A DNA stretch of 64,000 bases, taken from Actinomycetes bacterium. Lineage in GTDB: Bacteria > Actinomycetota > Aquicultoria > Aquicultorales > Aquicultoraceae. Where the stretch lies: contig JAJYQA010000001.1 in assembly GCA_021794835.1 (NCBI GenBank), positions 3,277-67,276 of the forward strand. The letters run 5' to 3'. This document shows positions 35,119-44,428 of the stretch, in pieces. The notes beneath the pieces were generated by a model, which worked only from the letters and a program-made list of their open reading frames with translations, did not search any database and was not told the origin of the DNA. The translations under genes and the position numbers were made by a program. The number at the start of each line of letters is the position of its first letter. Within the stretch, counting starts at the first letter, position 1.

Positions 35119-35574
35119 CTATTTCTTGAATAGAAATACAAGCTTAAATTTGCCGATTTGCAACTCGTCATCCAATTTTAGTATTTTTGGTTCTTCGATT
35201 ATTTCTTGGTTTACATACGTCCCGTTTAGGCTGCCGGCATCTTCTATGCTTACTGCGTCTCTATTAACGGTTATCTTGGCATGATTTCTTGACACCGTTA
35301 TATCGTCAAGAAATATATCGCTCCTAGGGTCACGTCCTAGGGTTATTTCATCTTTCGCCAGGTTGAATCTTTGACCTATATAAGGGCCTTTCTTTACTAT
35401 TAAAATCGGACCATCTTCGCCAGCGAACTTTATCTCGCTAAGTTCTTCTTCAACATCAAGTGGTGGCAGTAAAACAGTCGTTTCCGCCTCAAAGCCAGGC
35501 CCTAACGCCTCTCCGCATTGCTGGCAGATTTCGGCTCCCACTTCATTTATGCCGCCGCATTTCTTACACTGCAT
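35119..35574 (-). CDS. FHA-domain protein with N-terminal zinc ribbon (GarA/OdhI-like context)
   Basis: 151 aa: CKKCG..CQQCG ribbon, then the FHA core (ITLGRDPRSDIFLDDITVSRNHAKI..SLNGTYVN). Confidence 0.85.
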   Translation of the reverse strand: MQCKKCGGINEVGAEICQQCGEALGPGFEAETTVLLPPLDVEEELSEIKFAGEDGPILIVKKGPYIGQRFNLAKDEITLGRDPRSDIFLDDITVSRNHAKITVNRDAVSIEDAGSLNGTYVNQEIIEEPKILKLDDELQIGKFKLVFLFKK

Positions 35575-35655
35575 TTTTATCCACCAACTTGTTGGGAAGT
35601 AGATTATTACCTCTCGATATCTAAGCTAATGTTTTATATCTAAATTATATCTAAA

Positions 35656-35901
35656 CTAATGCTTTAAGCTCGCTCTTATTCTCTCTTCATACGCCTTGAG
35701 CACTTCTTTGTTTCCAAGAACATGCTCAAGATGGTCGTTCCCAATCCGGTCCTTAACGTAGGGATCTTCTAGTATATCGGGTAGCTGCCTTCCGGTTTTG
35801 AGCTCCCTGATAATATAATCAGCTATTCTCTCTTCAAGAATGTTCTGACCTATGCTCTCAAATAGCTCGTAAATTGCTTCCCTTATCCTTGATTCGGGCA
35901 A
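35656..35901 (-). CDS. Hypothetical acidic helical protein (81 aa)
   Basis: TTG start 7 nt after GAGGAGG, in an operon-like array between the RsiG-like and FHA genes. No family recognised. Confidence 0.55.
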   Translation of the reverse strand: MPESRIREAIYELFESIGQNILEERIADYIIRELKTGRQLPDILEDPYVKDRIGNDHLEHVLGNKEVLKAYEERIRASLKH

Positions 35902-35940
35902 CTTTACTCCTCCTCTACACAGGTTAATTGTGATTACTTA

Positions 35941-36246
35941 CTAAAAGACATCTTCGTCGGACACATCTACTTTCGATACACTGGTAAGGCCACGGGCTAA
36001 GATCTCGCTTAGACGATCGACGTCAGAGCCTGAGATTGCATGATCCCCGCCTTCGCGTTTCCCTTTTAGCCTTGTAACCAGTTCTGCTCTTAAGATATCG
36101 ATTTTGCCATGTAGCACCCTACGCCTAAACGAAATCCTCTCCTCTTCCTCGCTAAGTTGGTCAAGGATCTCCCGGAGTTCTTCATTTGACTTGCCTTCAA
36201 GATCAACCAATATATTGTTAAGATCTAACTCACTCTTTTTGCTCAT
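35941..36246 (-). CDS. Small coiled-coil protein with a single RsiG-type E-x3-S-x2-R-x3-(Q/H)-x3-D motif
   Basis: 101 aa; E35-S39-R42-H46-D50 in EEEERISFRRRVLHGKIDILRAEL; AAGGAA SD. Confidence 0.6.
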   Translation of the reverse strand: MSKKSELDLNNILVDLEGKSNEELREILDQLSEEEERISFRRRVLHGKIDILRAELVTRLKGKREGGDHAISGSDVDRLSEILARGLTSVSKVDVSDEDVF

Positions 36247-36440
36247 AGCTCATTCCTTGTTAAAATCTTGTATATTAAAATCTATCATACAATATAAATC
36301 GCTCCTAGATATCCGGCAATTAAATAAATCTAAGAGCGCCGATCTCTACCTGTCCGAGCGATATCCGGCAAAAAGCAAAACTGCAACTTTATGCTTACAA
36401 TCTAAAGATAAACTTGAGAGTTTAAAAAATCTAGTGTTTT

Positions 36441-36487
36441 TTTAAAATTTTCGATTGTAATCGAATATCGTAAATCGACAATTACTA
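36441..36487 (-). repeat. R2 intergenic repeat, partial copy E (5' module only)
   Basis: Minus strand TAGTAATTGTCGATTTACGATATTCGATTACAATCGAAAATTTTAAA. The TAG is the gcvPB stop. Confidence 0.6.
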
Positions 36488-37933
36488 GTCTTTTTGCCAT
36501 TTAAGGCGCGGGTGGCGGGCTGCCTCGGCTTCGTTTAGTCTAGATACCGGCGTGTTATGGGGTGCTGTAAGGATAACCTCTGGGTTTTCGACTGCCTCCT
36601 CCGCAATTTGTCGCATAACATCCGCAAAACGGTCCAGTGTTTCCTTGCTCTCAGTCTCGGTCGGCTCAACCATCAAGGCTTCATCAACTATCAGCGGAAA
36701 GTAGATGGTCGGAGGATGGATATTAAAATCAAGCAGGCGCTTTACGATATCCCTTGCCTTTACGCCCTGTCTTTTTTGTCTCTCGGCTGATAATACAAAC
36801 TCATGCATGCATGGTACATCATAGGGTAGAATGTAGGCTTCTTCGAGCTTGGTTTTAAGGTAGTTTGCGTTAAGCACAGCTATATCGCTTACATGGCTTA
36901 GACCCTCCGCTCCCAACGACCGGATATAGCAATAGGCCTTAACGATTACGCCAAAGTTCCCATAGAAGGCCTTCATTTTACCTATGGAAAGCGGCCGCTC
37001 GTAATTGAGAAAGTATGCGCCGACCGCTTCATCCTTCTCAATCAGGGGTACTGGAAGAAACGGCTCAAGCATCTCGTTCACACCGACTGGTCCTGACCCA
37101 GGCCCTCCCCCGCCGTGCGGCGTCGAAAACGTCTTATGCAAGTTAAATTGCAGCACGTCAAAACCCATGTCCCCAGGACGTGACTTGCCCAGAATTGCAT
37201 TAAGATTCGCCCCATCGCAATAGCTGAGCGCGCCGACCGAGTGAACCATCTCGTTTATCTTAACAACGTTTTTATCAAATATTCCAAGCGTGTTTGGGTT
37301 TGTAAGAAAAATGGCAGCTACTTCTTCGTCTAGCAGCCCCTCAAGCGACCTTACATCGACTCCGCCAAGCTCATCGGATGGTACAGTGACGACTTTGTAC
37401 CCGAGCATTGCGGCAGTTGCCGGGTTAGTGCCATGCGCCGAGTCGGGAATTATGACCTTGCTTCTTGGGTTGCCGTTTTTCTTGTGGTAAGCCCTAATCA
37501 TCGCCATGCCGGTAAGCTCACCTTGGGCCCCGGCGGCAGGCTGCAGGCTCACTTTCTTGAATCCGCCGATTTCTGCCAACCATTGCGCAAGCTCGTACAT
37601 CAACTTTAGCGCACCCTGTACCTGCGACTCATCTTGATAAGGATGTATGTTGGAAAATCCGCTTAAAGAAGCAATTGCCTCATTAACCTTGGGGTTGTAT
37701 TTCATAGTGCAAGAGCCGAGAGGATAAAAGGTAGTATCTATCGCAAAGTTCATGTTTGATAGATTGGTATAGTGCCTTGCAATCTCTCCCTCGGATACCT
37801 CGGGAAGGCACGGGGCTTCGTCGCGCAGAAGAGACGCGGGTGTCAGATCTCCAATTGGTTTCCCTGGAACATCTAGGGGAGGTAAAGAATATGCCTTTGC
37901 GCCCGGCCTGCTGATATCGAAAATCGTTTCCAC
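36485..37933 (-). CDS. gcvPB: Glycine dehydrogenase (decarboxylating) subunit 2
   Basis: 482 aa, PLP-lysine region NLHKTFSTPHGGGGPG and GcvPB blocks. Confidence 0.95.
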   Translation of the reverse strand: METIFDISRPGAKAYSLPPLDVPGKPIGDLTPASLLRDEAPCLPEVSEGEIARHYTNLSNMNFAIDTTFYPLGSCTMKYNPKVNEAIASLSGFSNIHPYQDESQVQGALKLMYELAQWLAEIGGFKKVSLQPAAGAQGELTGMAMIRAYHKKNGNPRSKVIIPDSAHGTNPATAAMLGYKVVTVPSDELGGVDVRSLEGLLDEEVAAIFLTNPNTLGIFDKNVVKINEMVHSVGALSYCDGANLNAILGKSRPGDMGFDVLQFNLHKTFSTPHGGGGPGSGPVGVNEMLEPFLPVPLIEKDEAVGAYFLNYERPLSIGKMKAFYGNFGVIVKAYCYIRSLGAEGLSHVSDIAVLNANYLKTKLEEAYILPYDVPCMHEFVLSAERQKRQGVKARDIVKRLLDFNIHPPTIYFPLIVDEALMVEPTETESKETLDRFADVMRQIAEEAVENPEVILTAPHNTPVSRLNEAEAARHPRLKWQKD

Positions 37934-39273
37934 TAGATCGCCTCCATGATTGCGGCAAGGCGGTCAATCTCATCTCGTGTCCTTTTCTCAGTGACACAGA
38001 AAAGAACTGTATTAGGATACTGGCCATACCAGCGATCAATGTTTAGTCCCCCGATAATTCCTTCATTAAAAAGACGCTCATTTATTTCATGGACTGACCT
38101 TTCGCTCTTAAAAGCAAATTCTTTGAAAAATGGGGTATCGGAGAACGGTTCCAGGTAGCTTATCTCGCTAAGCTTGTCATGGGCATAATGCGCTTTTTGC
38201 AGGCACTGATATGCTACCTCGGTTATGCCCTCTGGACCGAGGTAGCTCAGGTAAATTGCTGCGGCAATTGCATTTAAGACCTCACTGGTTGTGATATTAG
38301 ATGTCGCCCTTTCTCTTCGGATATGCTGCTCACGTGTCTGAAGGGTTAAGACATAGCCAGTCCTACCCAAAGTGTCAGTTGTCGAGCTTACCAACCGTCC
38401 CGGAACCCTCCGGATATAGTCTTTTCGACAGGCAAAGATTCCAAGGTTAGGTCCTCCAAAATTTATCTTATTGCCGAGTGACTGCCCCTCGCCGATAACC
38501 ACATCGACGCCAAAAGAGGCAGGGGCTTTTAACAGCCCAAGCGATAATGGATCGATGGATGCAATAAAGAGAGTGGGATAGCGATCCAGAATGTCTCCGA
38601 TTCGCTCCATGTCCTCCAGGCACCCGAAGAAGTTGGGATGCTGGATGATAACGCACGAGCTATCATCGCTTACCATATCCTCAAGAGCAGAAATATCGGT
38701 CTGCCCGTTTTTCAAGGGAATGGTTTTTATAGTTATATCAAGGCCCCTGGCATAGTTTTTGAGCACTTCGCGGTATTCGGGATGTACGGCCTCGCTTACA
38801 ATGACTTCGTTTTTCTTGGTTATATCGTGCGCAAGAAGCGCTGCCTCTGCTAATGAGGTTGCGCCATCATAAAGAGACGCGTTTGCAACCTCAAGACCGG
38901 TAAGCTCACTGACCATCGACTGGTACTCAAAAAGTGATTGCAGCACGCCTTGGCTGACTTCTGCCTGATAAGGAGTGTATGGGGAGTAAAACTCCGGAAG
39001 TGATATAAGCGATTCAACAACCTTCGGGATAAAGTGGTCATAGACACCGCCGCCGAGAAACGAGACATGGTCGCTAAGAGAAACGTTTTCTTTAGCTATG
39101 CCCTCCAATTCTCTTAAAAGCTCGTGTTCACTTATCCCTGCCGGCAGATTGAGTGACCGATCCATTCTTACTTCGTCGGGTATGGATAAATCAAAAAGCT
39201 CATCAACCCTTTTAATCCCAAGAAACTTTAGCATCTCGTTTTTATCTTGGTCGGTTATCGGGACAAAATCCAA
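37933..39273 (-). CDS. gcvPA: Glycine dehydrogenase (decarboxylating) subunit 1
   Basis: 446 aa, FLGGGVYDHFIP and YTPYQAEVSQG blocks; 1-nt overlap with gcvPB. Confidence 0.95.
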   Translation of the reverse strand: MDFVPITDQDKNEMLKFLGIKRVDELFDLSIPDEVRMDRSLNLPAGISEHELLRELEGIAKENVSLSDHVSFLGGGVYDHFIPKVVESLISLPEFYSPYTPYQAEVSQGVLQSLFEYQSMVSELTGLEVANASLYDGATSLAEAALLAHDITKKNEVIVSEAVHPEYREVLKNYARGLDITIKTIPLKNGQTDISALEDMVSDDSSCVIIQHPNFFGCLEDMERIGDILDRYPTLFIASIDPLSLGLLKAPASFGVDVVIGEGQSLGNKINFGGPNLGIFACRKDYIRRVPGRLVSSTTDTLGRTGYVLTLQTREQHIRRERATSNITTSEVLNAIAAAIYLSYLGPEGITEVAYQCLQKAHYAHDKLSEISYLEPFSDTPFFKEFAFKSERSVHEINERLFNEGIIGGLNIDRWYGQYPNTVLFCVTEKRTRDEIDRLAAIMEAI

Positions 39274-39274
39274 C

Positions 39275-39655
39275 TTATAGCTCCTTGGTATACTTCTCGT
39301 AGGCCTGGGCTTTCATTAGGTCGTCTAATTCAGAATGATTACTAAGTTCAACCTTAAATAACCAGCCATTATCGTAAGGCTTCTCGTTTACTATTTCTGG
39401 GCTGTCTATTGCTTGCTGGTTTATCTCAACCACCTTCCCGCTTACCGGTGTATGCAGCTCAGCGGTTGATTTTACCGACTCAATCTCGCCTATCGCTTCA
39501 CCAGCTTTGACCTGCTGGCCGACCTGGGGTAAATCAACATATACGATATCTCCCAGAGCGTCCTGTGCATAGTCGGTAATGCCTATAACAGCATTGTTGT
39601 CCTCAGCATTAACCCACTCGTGCTCTTTGTTATACAATAAATTTTCCGGTGTCAT
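39275..39655 (-). CDS. gcvH: Glycine cleavage system protein H
   Basis: 126 aa, lipoyl-lysine motif IESVKSTAEL. Confidence 0.95.
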   Translation of the reverse strand: MTPENLLYNKEHEWVNAEDNNAVIGITDYAQDALGDIVYVDLPQVGQQVKAGEAIGEIESVKSTAELHTPVSGKVVEINQQAIDSPEIVNEKPYDNGWLFKVELSNHSELDDLMKAQAYEKYTKEL

Positions 39656-39672
39656 AGCCGTCCTCCCTTATT

Positions 39673-40773
39673 TTATGATGCCGCCGAAGAGGCTTTGGGT
39701 CTACGTATATCAATAAATGGTCGCTTTGCAATATGACCTTTTAGTTGTTTTTTATCCGCTTCTATTTCTATAGGTAGGCCAACTTCCGCAAATTCACTTC
39801 TGACATAAGCCATGCCTACCCCTCGCCTTAAAACTGGTGAGTACCCTCCACTTGTTACAATCCCTATCTCATCCCCCGATGTGCTTAGCACGGTTTTGCC
39901 ACTTCGGGGTATCCCACGGTCTATAATAAAGCCAGCCAGCTTCTTGCTTGCGCCTTTCTCTATACGCTCAAATATTGATTTACGCCCGATAAACTCCCCT
40001 TTATCAACGGCAACAAATCTCACCAACCCGGCCTCGACTGGATTTGTTTCAATTGTTATATCTTGGCCGTAAAGCGGATATCCCATCTCAAGGCGCAGCG
40101 TGTCTCTTGCCCCGAGGCCGGCCGGTTTTATGCCATACTCAAGCATCGCACGCCAGGCGGATTTGGCGGCCGCTGGCTCGCAGAGAATCTCAAAGCCCTC
40201 CTCGCCGGTATATCCCGACTTTGATACGGTAAATTTACTTCCTAATGCGGTTATAGCTCTAACCGTGTAATGGCTATAATCGGCAGGATTTTCCTTAAAG
40301 ATGGATTGAAGCACTTGCGGCGAATTTGGTCCCTGAAGAGCTAAAAGACAAAAGTTATCGGTAAGATTTTCTACCTCAACCTTATCCGGCTTTTTCTCGT
40401 TAAGCCAATTAAACATAGCCATAGTCGGCACTGCATTTGTAATAATTAGGTAGCTGGTGTCGGCCAACCGGTAGACTATATCATCATCGATAACGCCTCC
40501 AGATTCGTTACAGAAGAGAGTATATTCGCCGCTGCCGGGCGGTATTTTTGCAATATCATTTGTTGCAATAGACTGTAAGAACGAGAATGTTGCTTCGCCG
40601 CTAACGGCTATCTTGCCAAGATGAGAGATATCAAAAAGGCCGCATGAATTTCTTACGGCCACATGCTCTTCTATTATGCTTGAGTAGTAGAGAGGAAGCT
40701 CCCACCCGGCAAATTCGGTAAATCGTGCTCCCAGCTTTCGCTCCTCGTCATAAAGCGGCGTTCCCTTTAGCAT
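39673..40773 (-). CDS. gcvT: Aminomethyltransferase (glycine cleavage T protein)
   Basis: 366 aa, FDISHLGKI, LLALQGP and YTGEEGFEI blocks. Confidence 0.95.
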   Translation of the reverse strand: MLKGTPLYDEERKLGARFTEFAGWELPLYYSSIIEEHVAVRNSCGLFDISHLGKIAVSGEATFSFLQSIATNDIAKIPPGSGEYTLFCNESGGVIDDDIVYRLADTSYLIITNAVPTMAMFNWLNEKKPDKVEVENLTDNFCLLALQGPNSPQVLQSIFKENPADYSHYTVRAITALGSKFTVSKSGYTGEEGFEILCEPAAAKSAWRAMLEYGIKPAGLGARDTLRLEMGYPLYGQDITIETNPVEAGLVRFVAVDKGEFIGRKSIFERIEKGASKKLAGFIIDRGIPRSGKTVLSTSGDEIGIVTSGGYSPVLRRGVGMAYVRSEFAEVGLPIEIEADKKQLKGHIAKRPFIDIRRPKASSAAS

Positions 40774-40900
40774 ATTTTCCCTTCTAGCGACTACCTGAGC
40801 ACCGTATATGTTATATAAGCATTTCCCTTTTTAAGCGACGTTAAAACAGGTTATAAACTATTCAAAAGGCCGGTTGGGGTTGAAAAACGAATACTTTATG

Positions 40901-42196
40901 TTAAGTTGCCGATGGATAGGTTTCCGGTGGGCCTTTTACCTCGGCTTTCATATGTATTGGGTGAACCGGGGATGTCTTTTCGATGTAAAGAAGTGAGTCG
41001 TAGCAATTACTTAAAGCAGTTGGTACATAGTTAGCAAACTCAGCATCGGGATCATATACAACGCCTACCTCCCGTTGCCCTTTTCTATCTGAAAACGCCT
41101 TGGCAACCTCTCGGTCCAGCGAGAAAATAACCAGCTTGTCTTTTGGCTCAAACTGATGAAAATCGTGCTCCCAGCTACCGTGTACGGCTGGCGGAAGCGG
41201 CATGACCTTCATCGGTGCATCCCAATCATCTGCAGCAATTATACTTCCTTCGTAGGTTGCAAAGCCAATAATATAGGTCCTATCCATCCCAAGTTGTCCT
41301 CTTATAACCTCGCCGATATTAAACTCGCCGATATCTGTCATCTCAGTTGCCCGTGCGTCTCCAATGTGAGTGTTGTGCGCCCAGATAATTCCTTTTGGCT
41401 CAACTGCCCCCTCGTAAAAATCCATCAGCTTGAAAAAGGTGCTGGCCATGTGCTCATCTCGGGTGTTCCAGGCCTCGGGATCGCCCCTTAACATGATGCG
41501 GTAGTAATGCTCGGCGTCAACCGCAACCAGGGCATTTTGCTCTGCATTAAATTTCTCTTCCCTTGTATTCTGAGACGGCATCGGTGGGAGATGCTCCAGC
41601 GTGGATAAGAGTCTTACAACTTCGTCTTCGCAGGATTCAGGGATAGACGGATTCTGCCAGGCGTATCCCTCAATGTTGTGCCGGCAGGGCTCAAAACAGC
41701 GGTAAGCCCGTCTTGCAACTTGAGCCGCCTGCGGCATTGCCTCTTCAACGTATTTTACCGCCACACTTAGCGATTGCCAGAGGCTATAGATATCCAACCC
41801 ATAAAAACCTACCTTTAATTCTGGGGGAAGATCTTTATTATAGCTGGCCAACCACTCAATAAAATCCTGGACTTCGAAATTGGCCCACAACCAGGTTGGC
41901 CAGCGGTTAAATCCATGTAGGACCTGATGTGCGGTCTTTTGGGGGTCGCCTGGGTCTTTGACAAAGTTATTTATCCGGTAGCAATCAGGCCAGTCACCCT
42001 CAACCGCAATGAAGTTAAAGCCCTTGTCGGCAATCAGCCTCTGGGTGATTTTAGCCCTCCACTGATAAAACTCGCTAGTGCCATGAGTTGCCTCACCGAT
42101 CAAAACCGCGCTTGCATTACCAGCCTCATCAATTAGGCGGTCAAGGTCACTTTCTGTTTCAAGAGGAAATGAGATTTTCGCGAATGCATTTTCCAT
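40901..42196 (-). CDS. Erythromycin esterase family protein
   Basis: The track ORF (610 aa) is inflated by an antisense read-through of the USP gene. The homologous part starts at ATG 42196 (MENAFAKISFPL..VLIGEATHGTSEFY..GFYGLDIYS). Confidence 0.8.
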   Translation of the reverse strand: MENAFAKISFPLETESDLDRLIDEAGNASAVLIGEATHGTSEFYQWRAKITQRLIADKGFNFIAVEGDWPDCYRINNFVKDPGDPQKTAHQVLHGFNRWPTWLWANFEVQDFIEWLASYNKDLPPELKVGFYGLDIYSLWQSLSVAVKYVEEAMPQAAQVARRAYRCFEPCRHNIEGYAWQNPSIPESCEDEVVRLLSTLEHLPPMPSQNTREEKFNAEQNALVAVDAEHYYRIMLRGDPEAWNTRDEHMASTFFKLMDFYEGAVEPKGIIWAHNTHIGDARATEMTDIGEFNIGEVIRGQLGMDRTYIIGFATYEGSIIAADDWDAPMKVMPLPPAVHGSWEHDFHQFEPKDKLVIFSLDREVAKAFSDRKGQREVGVVYDPDAEFANYVPTALSNCYDSLLYIEKTSPVHPIHMKAEVKGPPETYPSAT

Positions 42197-42293
42197 GCTC
42201 TTAAGATACCCAAAATCGTGGTATAGGCATCTTGTAGTTAGATAGTTGTCGAGGGAAGTATCGATTTCGTATAGGGAATTAAGGGGGCACTTA

Positions 42294-43139
42294 ATGTATA
42301 AAAACATTTTAGTAGCTTTCGATGGATCCGAATCTGGTAAAAATGCACTTGACCAGGCTGCAAGTCTCTCCAGAGAAACCGGTTGCAACATGGCTGCGGT
42401 AATCGTGAGGCCACCGGTTAACGCAGACTTAGGGACACCTGGCGCCGATAGGGCGGGTATTTTGTATAAGGAAACAGGCATTGATCGGGTACCTAGTATA
42501 AAAACAGCAATAGAGTGCCCAGTGATTGAGGCTACCGAGGTAGAGGGTATGACATATAAAGCAATTATCGATGCCGCTATAGCAAGGGACGCTGATTTAA
42601 TAGTCATGGGCAGAATAGGCTCAACGGGATTGGAAAGAGTGCTCTTGGGAAGCGTTACTTCAAGGGTTATTGGATATAGCCCTATCGATATTCTCGTGGT
42701 GCCGAAAGACACCGTGGTGGGCTGGCGAACCATGCTTCTTGCTATAGATGGGTCTACTTATAGCAGTGCCGCAGCCGAGAGAGCTATAGAGCTTGCAAAA
42801 GAACACAACGCTAACCTTAAGATCATCTCAGTCGCGGATATTCCCTACGAGGCTTATGGTGACGACCCCGAATTTCTTAATAAAATGTTAGGGGTTGCTA
42901 AGAATGTTGTAGGGTCCGGCAAAGCCAGAGCTGAAGAGTTTGAGGTTAATACCGAAGCAATCGTCCGCGATGGGCCGGCGCACGAGGAAATCGTAGAGGC
43001 GGCAAAAGAAGTAAAAGCAAACCTTATCATTATGGGAAGCCATGGCCGAACCGGCCTGGAACGTATCCTGATGGGAAGCGTTACCGAACGAGTAATCGGT
43101 CACTCACCCTGCCCCGTACTTGTGGTTAAATCGCATTAA
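42294..43139 (+). CDS. Tandem-domain universal stress protein
   Basis: ATG at 42294 after AAGGGGG gives MYKNILVAFDGS. Two USP domains each end in a G..GS..VLVV motif. Confidence 0.85.
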   Translation: MYKNILVAFDGSESGKNALDQAASLSRETGCNMAAVIVRPPVNADLGTPGADRAGILYKETGIDRVPSIKTAIECPVIEATEVEGMTYKAIIDAAIARDADLIVMGRIGSTGLERVLLGSVTSRVIGYSPIDILVVPKDTVVGWRTMLLAIDGSTYSSAAAERAIELAKEHNANLKIISVADIPYEAYGDDPEFLNKMLGVAKNVVGSGKARAEEFEVNTEAIVRDGPAHEEIVEAAKEVKANLIIMGSHGRTGLERILMGSVTERVIGHSPCPVLVVKSH

Positions 43140-43175
43140 ATCATAAGGACATTTATGTAAGATGTAATTAGGATA

Positions 43176-44384
43176 CTAAAGTCTCATTAAGCCTTGCCAG
43201 AATTGTCTCCAGTAATACCCTAAAATCTCACCAAAGCTCGGTTTCTGGATATTCTTATCTGCAACTAGGGCTGAGGTAGCGACTGGTTTGCCGGATTGCA
43301 ATATGCTAATCTTACCCAGCACTGCGCCTTTCTTAATAGGCGCACCGATATTGGGTTTGAGTTCTATCTTTACGTTTGTTTTTACCGTGCGTTTAACAAC
43401 TGCATCGACATTAGATGGCACGGAAAGGCTTACCTTTTGGCCGTAACTCAGTTTAACCGTCTTATATGTGATGTTCTTAAATATAAGCCTCTTCTTCTCA
43501 TAAAGGCTAAAGCCGTAATTTAAAAGGGTTGCAGACTCCCTAAAAACAGCAGCATGCGATTTTTCCCCCAGGACGACGGTTATGAGTGAGACCCCTTCGC
43601 GCTGCGCTGAGGCGACCAGGCAATGGCCAGCGTCGTCGGTATACCCAGTCTTAACACCATTTGCCCCAGGATAGGTCCAAAGAAGTCGGTTTAGATTCAC
43701 CATTACGCGCGGTTTTGAAGGGTCTTCTCTATAGATCGTTCTTTGCTTTGTGCCGACTATGGTTGCAAATATTTTGTTTCTCATCGCGTATTTAGCTATC
43801 GTCGCAAGGTCGCGTGCGGTTGAGAAATGCACAATTGCACCCTGCTCATCCTTATCCACCAGGCCATTTGGGTTGGCATAGTTAGTGTTTACCGCCCCAA
43901 TCCCTTTTGCCTTTGCATTCATTCTCGCAACAAATTTAGGAAGCGACCCATCTATAAAGTCTGCAATTGCAACCGCCGCGTCGTTGGCAGAGTCTAACAT
44001 GAGTGCGTAAAGCAGGTCCCTTAGTTTTATCTGTTCGCCAGGGGTCAGCTTCATCCCATTTTCCGTAATGCTTGCAGCATCGCTGTTTATCGTGACAGCC
44101 TTGTCCAGCGAACCATTCTCTATGGCCAGGATAGCAGTCATTATCTTTGTTGTACTTGCTATCGGCCTCTTTTCATCGGGATTTTTTTGCCAAAGCACAT
44201 CGCCGGTTTTAGTGTTGATCAAGATACCAGAGGGGGCCTCTAGAGACGGTGGCGTGATTAATCCTTTTTCTGCCTGGGCAGCCACGGATATTGGGACGCA
44301 TGTAGTAAATATAAGAATAAAAGCTATTAGTAATAGAAACGGTCGCTTCATCTGCCTACTCTGTTTACGCTTTTCTTTATGCAT
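43176..44384 (-). CDS. D-alanyl-D-alanine carboxypeptidase (S11 family PBP)
   Basis: 402 aa with signal/TM, SxxK (ASTTKIM), SxN (DSANDA), KTG (VKTGYTD), and a PBP5-like C-terminal domain. Confidence 0.85.
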   Translation of the reverse strand: MHKEKRKQSRQMKRPFLLLIAFILIFTTCVPISVAAQAEKGLITPPSLEAPSGILINTKTGDVLWQKNPDEKRPIASTTKIMTAILAIENGSLDKAVTINSDAASITENGMKLTPGEQIKLRDLLYALMLDSANDAAVAIADFIDGSLPKFVARMNAKAKGIGAVNTNYANPNGLVDKDEQGAIVHFSTARDLATIAKYAMRNKIFATIVGTKQRTIYREDPSKPRVMVNLNRLLWTYPGANGVKTGYTDDAGHCLVASAQREGVSLITVVLGEKSHAAVFRESATLLNYGFSLYEKKRLIFKNITYKTVKLSYGQKVSLSVPSNVDAVVKRTVKTNVKIELKPNIGAPIKKGAVLGKISILQSGKPVATSALVADKNIQKPSFGEILGYYWRQFWQGLMRL

Positions 44385-44428
44385 ATTACAATTCTTTTAG
44401 CCAAAAAGAAATGGTTGTGACTTTGTAA

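Noticed and set aside
37683-38039. 118-aa minus-strand ORF across the gcvPA/gcvPB junction, and other nested same-strand ORFs (for example 38468..38656, 38850..39068, 54399..54596).
   Set aside because: These are alternative frames inside highly conserved genes, with no SD and Arg/Ser-rich composition. They are treated as frame-shadow ORFs.
40774-40900. Expected glycine riboswitch upstream of gcvT.
   Set aside because: The 127-nt leader has neither the GGAGAG..CACCG core nor the tandem-aptamer length, so no riboswitch is called. Likewise, no T-box leaders precede alaS, hisS or aspS, whose spacers are 7-70 nt.
40901-42733. 610-aa ORF in the track, which would be a large novel N-terminal extension on the erythromycin-esterase family protein.
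   Set aside because: Residues 1-179 are the antisense read-through of the plus-strand tandem USP gene (42294-43139) and have low-complexity S/A/I/L/P composition. The family-typical sequence begins at M180 (ATG 42196).
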